From Azolla caroliniana (taxonomy: Eukaryota > Plantae > Polypodiophyta), in NCBI GenBank assembly GCA_043228905.1, contig JBHGNT010001348.1:1-9620 (forward strand): 9,620 nucleotides of DNA, given 5' to 3'. This document shows, piece by piece, positions 1-8,379 of the stretch (positions within the stretch are counted from its first letter, which is position 1; each line of letters starts with the position of its first letter). The notes under the pieces are model-generated. The model searched no databases. It worked only from the letters and a program-made list of their open reading frames with translations, and was not told the DNA's origin. The position numbers and the translations under genes were made by a program.

Positions 1-59
1 AGGACAATGTGCATGTAGAGCTTGGTTGCAAAAAAGCCCCACATCGAATTTTCGCCTCA

Positions 60-845
60 ACTTAGGTACTTGTTGACGTCGTCTTCAGGAGAACATCAAC
101 AAGAACCCATTTCTCATACTCTAATACTTAACACCACATACCTTTTAGGAGTTTGTATGTGTGTGTCGTAGTAAAATGACAAGCGTTTCATTCTTCTAGT
201 TTCTGACGGCCTTGAGACCATATGATTGCAAACATGAAGACTACCATGGGAAGGGACCTCTCATTTACAACAATGCATTTTTCAACATTGGGAAAGAAAG
301 TAGTGTCCTAATCTATCTCACCTTGCTTCGCCTCTTTGTTTGTATCAATTAGTGTCATTCATGTACTTTGATCTACTCCATTATATTTTGGCTTTATGGT
401 TGCTCGAATTACACTACGACCAAAGGTGATACAGTATTCAGTGTGGGTAAATGTGACGGACTAAGTAGGGGTAATGGGCATAGAGCGTGAGAAAAGTGGG
501 GGGGGGGGGGGGGGGATGAGAATTTAGAGTTTGACACGTTTAAAATAATGTGCTTGGGCCATTCCTTGTCCTCGATATTTCAATCATGATATGGACAAAA
601 TAATGATAGGACTTCGCTTGAACAAGTCCACGAGAATAAACACAGATGTCACTCAATTTTACTATGTAGAGAAGGTACTCAACACCAACAACCAACAACT
701 TACAAGGAATAGAGGCAAATGTGCCACTTGTTGCAATTTGCAAAAAACAACAATGGGATTCGATGAACAACCATGAAGAAACGAAGCTTTCATTGTTATT
801 CGATTAGATCCCATTACAACCAAGAATGATCTCGTGTCCTTCAAT
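60..845 (+). mobile_element. Degenerate Helitron remnant 1: C-terminal half of the PIF1-like helicase
   Basis: Decayed motifs occur in the expected order on +. PFRSLYVCVVVK*Q (from 141) resembles PFGGxxVxxGDFRQ. FNIG (281-292) resembles LLxIG. QLVSFMYFDL (346-375) resembles LIxFVYPDL. RQMCHLLQFAKNNNGIR*TTMKK (713-781) resembles RQFPLRLAFAMTINKSQGQTLKK, and is followed in frame by SH...SRV (830-838), resembling SHGQLYVALSRV. Many stops and frameshifts; boundaries approximate. Confidence 0.55.
498..515 (+). repeat. G18 homopolymer
   Basis: 18 consecutive G read directly. Confidence 0.95.
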
Positions 846-2263
846 TATTTCTCATTCTTTATATTTGTATTCTTATGCCCATTTAATTTAGAGTGTCAAG
901 ATTCTATAATGGATCCAAATTTTATATACAATGGAGATTATTTGCAACTTTCTTTTGCCAAGACATGCCAATAAAGAGTTTTGTATTGTTGATTGAACGA
1001 TATATTGATTCTACATTCTTCAAAATAGATATAGATTTATTCTACATTAGGACACACGAACATTGAATACAAGGCTAATTACTAATTGTTGTATGCCAAA
1101 CTACACACTCTTAAGATCAAATTATGGTGCAACTAAACATTTGAACTTCACAAAGCTTGATTAAAGAACAAGTAAACAACAAGAGAGGATGATTAGTTCA
1201 ACGACTTAGTTGGGAGAGAATAATTTTAGAACGAATGCTCTCTTGGAATCAAGCTAGCATTATTGCAAGGATGTGCATGTAGTCATGCCATTGTTTCAAA
1301 GATGTTATGTACTTATTGGCAAATTGAAAAATAAGAAAATATCATTGGTCTATGGGAGTCTATCAGAAATTTGCTCTTACATTTGTAATGGGCTTTATGT
1401 ATATTTCTAACAACTTCACTATTGGTTCAACCCTTTCTAAAATATTAATGCTACAGCGCCAACTTCTATAAATTAATGTGTTTAAATCTTACAGCCAGGT
1501 ACAAGTATGCCAATGTTGTACCCCACAAGGTACGTTAACACTCTTCAATATTTCACAATTGCTATTTGGAACACCACATAGTGTTTTTCGACCAATCAAC
1601 TCATATCAATGGATTCAGCTTTTCAATGGAAATCAAGATGACAAAGGTTATTCTAGTCTTGTACATTACTTTATTAAGACCAAACACGTACCCCCTCCCC
1701 AAGTTATTATTATAAGGAAGTATACACCAAAAAGTCCATCTAATACCAACATTATGCCGCATCATCACTTTGTTTAGCTCACTTGGCTATTGATCCGTAA
1801 GCAATGTCCTAATATCCATGAATGTTTGATGAATGGTGGGCATGCTTGTGATAAAATATATAGTTTGCCTCCCCACCTGTACACATTATGCACTCCATTC
1901 CAATTAAAAATATCACAAAAAAGCAGCAAAGTGTTTGAGTACACAAGGTTCAAGTGCTCTTCCATAAGGATTGTTCCTCGCCTTTTATGACAACTCATGA
2001 TTGTTCCTTATAGTTGATCAATTTATCAATATATCTAGTACCCATTAAAATATTAAAGAATTGCACTTGTACGCATTGTGTATTCTACTCCACAAAGGAG
2101 AAATCTGAATGCAAGGTACCGTTAGACGAGCAGCTTGTTCTAGAGAAGAAACTTTGGTGTTATGACGTAAAGTTGAATTCTATTTTATGATACAATTTCT
2201 CTTTATGAAGGTGATAGTTTTGTGAACAATTTAGAATTTGTGATTTAAATTTTAGAGAAGCAA

Positions 2264-2408
2264 CACCCTTTCTCACTATTACATTTGCCTTGTTAGTTTC
2301 TTTTTAACATCAATGTATTGTGTCACTTCAAATCACCCTTTCTCACTATTACATTTGCCTTGTTAGTTTCTTTTTAACATCAATGTATTGTGTCACTTCA
2401 AATCACCC
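2264..2408. repeat. Perfect 70-bp tandem duplication with 5-bp CACCC microhomology
   Basis: 2264-2333 is identical to 2334-2403. CACCC occurs at 2264, 2334 and 2404. Confidence 0.97.
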
Positions 2409-3224
2409 GTATATGGTATTTTAGCCTTCATCAAGTATGAAGGAAAATCAAATGGTTTCAAGATATTGCAAGGTACAAGCATTGCTTTAGTAACAAAAAT
2501 AGTTCTAAAACATTCACAATAAAATGCTCAATATATGCACACATCTTAGCCTAGTTGCACTTACTATTGTGAATAATCTTCTTACAAAGTGTAGGCTGAG
2601 AACTAGAAGGAAGAACATAATAAATTTATCAAAATTCGTTCTCTTAGTTTGTAGAGATCAATTTGTGAGGATGTGTGAATAGAAGATCACGGAAAAGTAC
2701 ATGCATGGACTAGGTGTATAGAAATCTTATGGCCAACATAACTCCCTACAAACGTGTAAGATTTCCCAATATGGATTACAACGTGTATGACATAAACATG
2801 GGCCAATCTATCTATTGGGAAGAAATTGGAGTACTTGGCCATTACAACCTTAAGTTCCACATGAAGTTCATATGGTGAACATAGTTGAGCAATGATGAGG
2901 ACCCGGAGAATGGGTATAACAAAAGGAAAATGAACCTATAATATGCCCAACATATCTATGTTACATTCGTTTCATGCATGGCAACCTCTAAAAAGAAACG
3001 GGAAGCATAATGAGCTTGATGAAGACATTTTCAAACACTCCCATCATCTTGTAACATGGAAATTTTGGATCTAATATTTTCAAGTTATCCAAGTGTTTTG
3101 TTCTAAAAACTTTTTAATTGAATGCAATGACATTATCGGGGACTATTCAACTACAACTAAACATGGTTTGAGAAATAAGGTATGGGAAGGACATCCTAGG
3201 GGATGTGATATCCTAGTATTTATG

Positions 3225-3473
3225 CATCTTATTTTAGCATTGCAATATTTTCTTGTTAGAGGAACATTTGCAAGGTGTTGCTGAATTAGATGAATTGCAC
3301 GAAGGGTTGCCATTATTGTGGGTTGGATGCATTCTTCAAATCCACATCATCTTATTTAAGCATTGCAATATTTTCTTGTTAGAGGAACATTTGCAAGGTG
3401 TTGCTGAATTAGATGAATTGCACGAAGGGTTGCCATTATTGTGGGTTGGATGCATTCTTCAAATCCACATCAT
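3225..3473. repeat. 123-bp tandem duplication (1 mismatch) with 3-bp CAT microhomology
   Basis: 3225-3347 and 3348-3470 differ only at 3235 T / 3358 A. CAT occurs at 3225, 3348 and 3471. This explains the repeated peptide in ORF 3253..3606. Confidence 0.97.
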
Positions 3474-4090
3474 TGGCCCCAAAACATGTGCCAAATTGTG
3501 GAAGTCCCAAGTAGGACCAAATGGAAATAATGCCTTGTTGAAACTCAATATTCCAAAGGCTAGTAAATATTGCGTGTACAATGTTTTGGACTATTTGCCT
3601 TTGTGATATCTATCATCTTTACTCAATGATACTCGACGAATAGGACAATTTTCATGAATTAAATTATGTGGTGTTCTATACAAAAAGATATTAGAATGGT
3701 TTTCAAGTTTGTGCAGTACCATGTGGAGTTAGAGATGAACTACACCCTCACCATTCTTGCGGAGGGAAGAGGTGGGTAGTGATAACAAGGTGCACCACCA
3801 ACTCATTGGCAAAAGCAATGGTTGTCATCGTAGCATGGGCCATTCATTCATTATTCAAGAGGTCACTAATTTCACACCCGTGGTCATGTAAAACAAGATG
3901 AAGATGAGTTGGCCAAGTGCTTCATGACATTTGGGGTATCAAATGAGACCCTCAACAGCAATGTGAGACAAGAATACAAAGGGATTTGTTGGGGGAAGTA
4001 CTTCAGATCGTGTATGGTATCAATCCGAAATACCGATGCGACGATAAGCATCTTACTTATCCGAAGAGGCAACTGGAACGTTTCTCACGT

Positions 4091-4106
4091 CTCTCTCTCT
4101 CTCTCT
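4091..4106. repeat. (CT)8 microsatellite
   Basis: Read directly. Confidence 0.9.
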
Positions 4107-4490
4107 TGTACTTTTCTAAGCGTATGTGCGTTACCGTTGGTCCACACATAGCCCATAATATATATATAGATCGATGGAATGATTGGCTATGTCCCGTTAT
4201 TCCTCCTAAGAGGCCCTCCTACAAAGACAAATGTCCTACGTACCAACAATAGACATATACTAACGTTTTACCCATGGGACATATAAAGGCGTGATGTGGA
4301 CATCATGTGGGAGCCATTCATGTCATGTGTTGACCTTAGAAATATGAGAGACCATTCATTTTTACATATATCTAAGGAATTAGTAGTGACACTTAAAAAG
4401 TAGAATAGAGTTAAAAAAAAATTCCAACATATTTCTCCTTCCGATGAAAATATGAACAGTGGTGGTGGTGGCTATATACAATTTGGCAAC

Positions 4491-4551
4491 GCTCCGCCGC
4501 CGCCTCCTCCTCCTCCTCCTCCTCCTGCTCCGCCGCCGCCGCCGCCGCCGC
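4491..4551 (-). repeat. Compound (GGC)n/(GGA)n repeat in the presumed 3' UTR
   Basis: CCG and CCT runs on +, beginning about 30 nt after the stop codon in mRNA sense. Confidence 0.9.
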
Positions 4552-4579
4552 AACAAAATTGGTTGCCTAGCTAGCTCTA

Positions 4580-5836
4580 CTAGTATAGAGCTCCGCCGCC
4601 GCCACAGGCCTCCAGCAGCGCCACCCTCACCTCCGCCAGACCTAGCGACAGCTCGCACGCCTGCTTATGCAGCATCGCCACGCTCCCTCCCAGATCCCGC
4701 GCCGCCTTCCCCACTCTCGCCGCCCCCATCCCCATTCGCATCATTTCCTCCCCATTTGCCGCCCCTTTCGCAGCTGTAGCTCTGGCGGCGGGTTTTCGGG
4801 CCACGACCAAGGCATCCGCCGCTCCGTGCAGTGCCGCTAGCTCTCGAGTGAAGAAGCCGCTGGTCATCTCTGCCCCACACCCGGAGCTTTGCAGAAGCTG
4901 CTTGTGGAGCTGTCGGAACGGCGCCGCCCATGGCACGGTTGACGCAGAGCTGACGGAGGTGTTTGCATCGGAAGAGTGGATGACTGCGGACGCATATAAG
5001 TTGCTGGCGGATCGGCGGAGGCGAGCGGCGGAGAAATTCTTCTTGGTGGTAGGGGGCATCAAGAAGCTGGAAAGGGCGGCGCAGAGAATTAAGGTGGTGG
5101 TGAGAGTCACCCCGTCCATGGCCTGGATAATGGGCTCCAGAGGGTGGGGATTGCCAGCAGGGGTGGATGCGGAAGGCGGAGATAGGGCCCTCAGCTTCTT
5201 CACCATGGAGCGATACAGGCGGGACGAGCGAGGTTCGTCCATTACGGCCGTGGATTGCATACACGCGGCGGACAAGCGGCGCTGTGCCGCCTGCAGCAGC
5301 CTTGTGTTAAGCGCCGCCACTGTGGAGGTGGAGGAGGAGGAAGTAGCGGCTTCCGCGAGGCCGTGGAGGGCATGGTGAAGGCGGGCGAGATGCTCGCTCA
5401 TCCGGCATGTCGCCTCGCGGAGGGCGTTACAATCGTCCATGAGGCAAGCCAAGCTATGGAGATGATGGTGCAGAAGCAGAAGAAGTTTGGGTTGGTCAGC
5501 GGAGGGGGATGGGCCCATGTGATGGGCAAGAGAGGTTTGGGATTGGATGGCGGCGCGGGAGGAGGATTGGGTGGAGAGAGCGACGGCCATGGCGTCGGAG
5601 AGCCAGGTGGGGTTGAGGGCGTTGATGCCACCTTCTAGGGTAAGGTGGCGGAGGCGGTGGGCGAGGTCCGCCTCTAATTTGGCCCAAGGGGCCCTAATTA
5701 GTCGGCCTGCGTCTTCTTCTGCTACTGCTACTTCTTCTTCTTCTTCTTCTATATATGGGGCTTGGCGTAGCGTAGCGGCGGGAGACTTGCGGTTGAAGGA
5801 GAAGGAGCGAGAGAGCGACGCTAGCAATCGCCCCAT
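4580..5836 (-). CDS. Intronless DUF793-family (BPS1/ROH1-like) protein, 418 aa
   Basis: Long open frame coinciding with a GC-rich island. The first in-frame ATG is at 5836 (MGRLLASLSRSFSF). Family-like motifs occur in order: LEADLAHRLRHL and LNPTWL (resembling FxxxxxxRxxxL and LSLxWL), HLHSLACLMDDCNAL (resembling YLDxSxKLLDVCNA), VPWAAPFRQLHKQL (resembling xPWAxPxxxLQxxI), RELAAL, and C-terminal EVRVALLE (resembling IVxxRxxLL). Subfamily cannot be assigned by eye. Confidence 0.8.
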   Translation of the reverse strand: MGRLLASLSRSFSFNRKSPAATLRQAPYIEEEEEEVAVAEEDAGRLIRAPWAKLEADLAHRLRHLTLEGGINALNPTWLSDAMAVALSTQSSSRAAIQSQTSLAHHMGPSPSADQPKLLLLLHHHLHSLACLMDDCNALREATCRMSEHLARLHHALHGLAEAATSSSSTSTVAALNTRLLQAAQRRLSAACMQSTAVMDEPRSSRLYRSMVKKLRALSPPSASTPAGNPHPLEPIIQAMDGVTLTTTLILCAALSSFLMPPTTKKNFSAARLRRSASNLYASAVIHSSDANTSVSSASTVPWAAPFRQLHKQLLQSSGCGAEMTSGFFTRELAALHGAADALVVARKPAARATAAKGAANGEEMMRMGMGAARVGKAARDLGGSVAMLHKQACELSLGLAEVRVALLEACGGGGALY

Positions 5837-5945
5837 GTTATCGCCCACCCCGCTTCTATTTCTTCCCTTACAGTTACTACTTCTTGTTTTTTTGAATGAT
5901 TTGTTTTTCTGCTCATGAAAAAAAATTCGATCGTAGCAAGCACAT
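5821..5945 (-). promoter_or_regulatory. Two chained upstream ORFs in the presumed 5' leader
   Basis: uORF1 runs 5945-5913 (MCLLRSNFFS*). Its TGA overlaps the ATG of uORF2 (ATGA). uORF2 runs 5916-5821 (MSRKTNHSKKQEVVTVREEIEAGWAITWGDC*) and overlaps the main ATG out of frame. Relevant only if the TSS is upstream of them. Confidence 0.4.
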
Positions 5946-5983
5946 AATAATAAGATAGCGTCGGGTTTCCTGTTATTCTTTGT

Positions 5984-6040
5984 TATATATATATATATAT
6001 CTATAGGCAGCCACGCGGTTGCCCCAAAAGGTGAGACGTC
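5984..6040 (-). promoter_or_regulatory. Putative core promoter: (TA)n/TATA tract, CGCG-box and ACGT-core element
   Basis: TA repeat at 5984-6000 (minus strand ...TATATATAA) about 150 bp upstream of the ATG. CCGCGT on minus at 6013-6018 matches the CAMTA-type vCGCGb consensus. GACGTC palindrome at 6035-6040 is a bZIP C-box. Confidence 0.45.
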
Positions 6041-6240
6041 CAAATCATGCCGCCATGTCACGCCCATTTGTAGCCACCTCATCCACAGTACCACCCGGCC
6101 CTCTCCCTGGCTCTCGTGAGCCCACGTTACCCACTTTTTTCACTAGAAGAAAAATAAAGCATACCAATTTTATAATGTGAGAGTAAAGCAGCCCCATTGG
6201 CATTATTTAACAGAAACAAAAGGCACACCCGTAACCATCA

Positions 6241-6270
6241 CCCCCCCCCCCCCCCACACACACATACACA
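6241..6270. repeat. C15 homopolymer followed by a short (AC)n tract
   Basis: 15 C at 6241-6255, then acacacacatacaca. Confidence 0.9.
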
Positions 6271-6699
6271 CCCTTAAGATTCCTATTATATTTCGTCGTA
6301 GTCCATTTTCCTCTCGTCTGTAACACTCACTCAACCTCGGCACCTGTCCACCTTGCCCCCGATCCGCAAGCAACGTTTCCGCCGAATTAATCAGACATGT
6401 TTTCCTTGTCGAACCGATTACATACATACAATTCACAACTCGATGTGCCTCCCTCCTTGCTTGCACTATGCACCCCTTTCCACATTATGACAGAGCATCG
6501 TTGTCGACCCGCAACCATTGTGGTTATGAGTGATTAGCAGACATTTCAAAGTATCCTATTATATAATACACAACTTGGCTCCCTTAACTCCATACATTAT
6601 GCACTTACTTTACGAAAGTGCGTGAATATACTAAGCCTTCATTTCTCCCCCATGAAGGTTCTTACTCAACCCTTTGCGATAAACTCCTTGGAAGAAATA

Positions 6700-8050
6700 A
6701 ATTATGTTGTTTCATGTGATAGAAACACAATGAACTTCGAAAGTTCCAATGATTTGCCACTTGTCAACCAGTAATGAGAATGCATATCCGATATTATCAA
6801 ATTGTATATAGAACTTGGCCTCCCACATATACTCGTTATGCAATCCACTCCATAAAAAATAATATGAAATCCTAGATACATAACAATGCTCGATTATTAG
6901 GAAACCTAAATGGCTTTTAAAGGAAAAAACAAATGACTAGTTTTGTAATTGCTGAGCTTGGCGTTGTGTTTCATAAGCAACAACATTTTAGAGAATTGTG
7001 GACAAAGGCAAAGGTCTTCATCTCTTTTGGGGAGAGAATAAAGTGGAGATATTCTCCACCAAGGCGACTTTTTCTGCCCCCCCATTATGGAAGGATCCCG
7101 ATTATAGATGTGTAAATGTAGTTTCTAAGGTCGTTGCATGAAGGCTTTTGCTATTCGACATGTTGGTTGTGTTTTCATGTAGGAGTTCTTTGTAACCTTT
7201 GGGCATTTTTCCATTAATACCAAGGTGAATCTTCAAAAAAAAAAGTGCTAGTGTGGTGGACTATTTTATATTACATAACCAACTCCTGATTGGTAGATAT
7301 TTGTTAGATAACTAGCTTGGTTTTTTCTTCGAGTCATGTTTTTGCGAGAAACAAAATACAAAATTTCGTATATTGTTATTTAAAGCAAAGTACTTCGCGT
7401 TTATGAGGCATGACCCAAGGGAAATTCCATTAGGTGCTAGTTATGTTTAGTTGTTAATGCAAAATAGTGAATCTCTAGTTTCCTTTGGTTGGTTTGGGTC
7501 TATGTTCTTGATCTTTATGGTGGCCCTATGATTAGATCAAAATTTCTCATTTCAGTCTCCTCAACAACCTCTTCAGCCTTGTAGTAACGTGAACCTTATC
7601 CCATTTGCTTTTGATCTTTACGGCAAGGTTTCAATACAATGTTTGAGAAATCCTATTATGCGCTCAGAATAATGAATATGTTTACACATGTGATCATCAT
7701 TGAAATTCTTGTCGTAAACAACGTTGTATGAAAGTGATGGCAACATATGAAAAAACATAATCCTTAAAGCATATGCACAACTCTGAGGATGTGGAGCAGT
7801 ATGTAAGAACGATCATTACACATTGTGTACATGCATGGAGTCACATATATCTAGCTGGGTTGCTCATAGTTCAATGTATGGTGTAGATGGGAACTTTGAA
7901 GATGTGTAGATGTTCCTTTTTGTGAGAGGACTTGGATGTTTATGGCATGAATGGACGAAATATTCAAAAAGAGAGTGAATTATTAATCTGTTGTTACAGA
8001 AGTTGGTGGTTGATGCGGCTTCTTGGGAACAAATGAGAAGTAGATTGCTA
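6700..8050 (+). mobile_element. Degenerate Helitron remnant 3: N-terminal region and Rep domain
   Basis: LASHIYSLCNPLHKK (6815-6859) aligns gap-free with LPPHLYTLCTPFQLK (1865-1909). FLP (7071), then in one frame GSR (7093), AFAI (7144-7155) and EFFVTF (7183-7200), resembles ILPxSFxGSPRxM...DAMAI...DLFITF (Rep motif 1). EDVEQYVRTIITHCVHAW (from 7785) resembles DEIxxYxxxRYxSxxEAxW. Shared blocks with remnant 2: TGAGGATGTG and GTACATGCATGGA. Boundaries approximate. Confidence 0.55.
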
Positions 8051-8099
8051 GGAAGAGGAGACTCCATTTGCTTGACTTCTTAAAAGCTAACTTTCTCAT

Positions 8100-8360
8100 C
8101 CCCCATGCTTCTATATTATACACACATCAATATCACATAATCTATTCCTTCTGGACCTTGTTAATCCACGTTATTTTCTTTGTTGTCATCCTATCAATGC
8201 ATATCAAAGGCCTATCCACATCGATTTGCACATACATATACACACACTCTCGCTAGCCTTGTAATATATGAGTTGTACTTTTCATCCATTAATCTATCCT
8301 AAATCTTCATACATCCAACTATCTTTGCCACCTCAGTTTTTTGCTCAATGAGCCTTACCA
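8100..8360 (-). mobile_element. Fragment of an L1-type LINE ORF1 (region between DUF4283 and the zinc knuckle)
   Basis: Minus strand reads KIVGCMKI*DRLMDEKYNSYITRLARVCV (ARVCV at 8253-8239). After a 7-nt frameshift it reads VQIDVDRPL (8231-8205). Together these resemble the plant L1 ORF1 motif GxxxxxD...ARVCVEIDLxKPL. Confidence 0.55.
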
Positions 8361-8379
8361 TCAAGTCGTCAAGAACTTG

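Larger units (their letters stand above)
1478..3960 (+). mobile_element. Degenerate Helitron remnant 2: N-terminal region, Rep (HUH) and PIF1 helicase, heavily deleted
   Basis: Ordered motifs: CC..G (1514); FSFSM (1614-1628) resembles FSFTSM; PHLYTLC block (1865-1909); KF*RSNTLSHYYICL (2247-2291) resembles the EFQKRGLPHxHIL HUH motif; LQGVAELDELHEGLPLLWVGCILQI (core 3298-3342) resembles LRDIxxxxxPFGGxxVxxxGDFRQI and is followed by KLW; QGAPPTH (3786-3806) resembles GLPPH. Shares DNA blocks with 6815-6859, 7784-7839 and 8464-8577. No termini identified. Confidence 0.6.

Noticed and set aside
2014-2039. TTGAT/ATCAA hairpin followed by CTAG|T as a Helitron 3' end
   Set aside because: Only a 5-bp AT-rich stem, and it lies inside the coding remnant upstream of the HUH-like motif.
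2264-3473. Repeats as a CRISPR-like array
   Set aside because: Two-copy adjacent duplications without spacers in eukaryotic-type DNA.
5816-5836. N-myristoylation signal from the Met-Gly start
   Set aside because: Arg at position 3 and no Ser/Thr at position 6 make a poor match; it cannot be supported without a predictor.
4380-5918. Overlapping ORFs 4380..4658, 4459..4779, 4665..5264, 4848..5378, 5255..5638, 5398..5631, 5496..5687 and 5547..5918
   Set aside because: Shadow frames of a GC-rich CDS and triplet repeats, giving low-complexity products with no recognisable domain.
5837-6094. 86-aa N-terminal extension in the 504-aa ORF call
   Set aside because: It starts at a non-ATG codon, runs through the (TA)n tract (IDIYIYI) and is AT-rich, unlike the CDS. 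It is more plausibly promoter and leader.
6141-7335. CACTAGAAGAAAAA (6141) with a 12/14 inverted match at 7322-7335 as CACTA TIRs
   Set aside because: The mismatches hit the diagnostic terminal TAGTG, the flanks (TTT versus ATG) give no TSD, and the match is mostly an A/T run.
7785-7811. EDVEQYVRT as a Ty3/Gypsy integrase zinc-binding motif
   Set aside because: No following CxxC or integrase core. The flanking motifs and homology to 2666-2709 fit the Helitron Rep region better.
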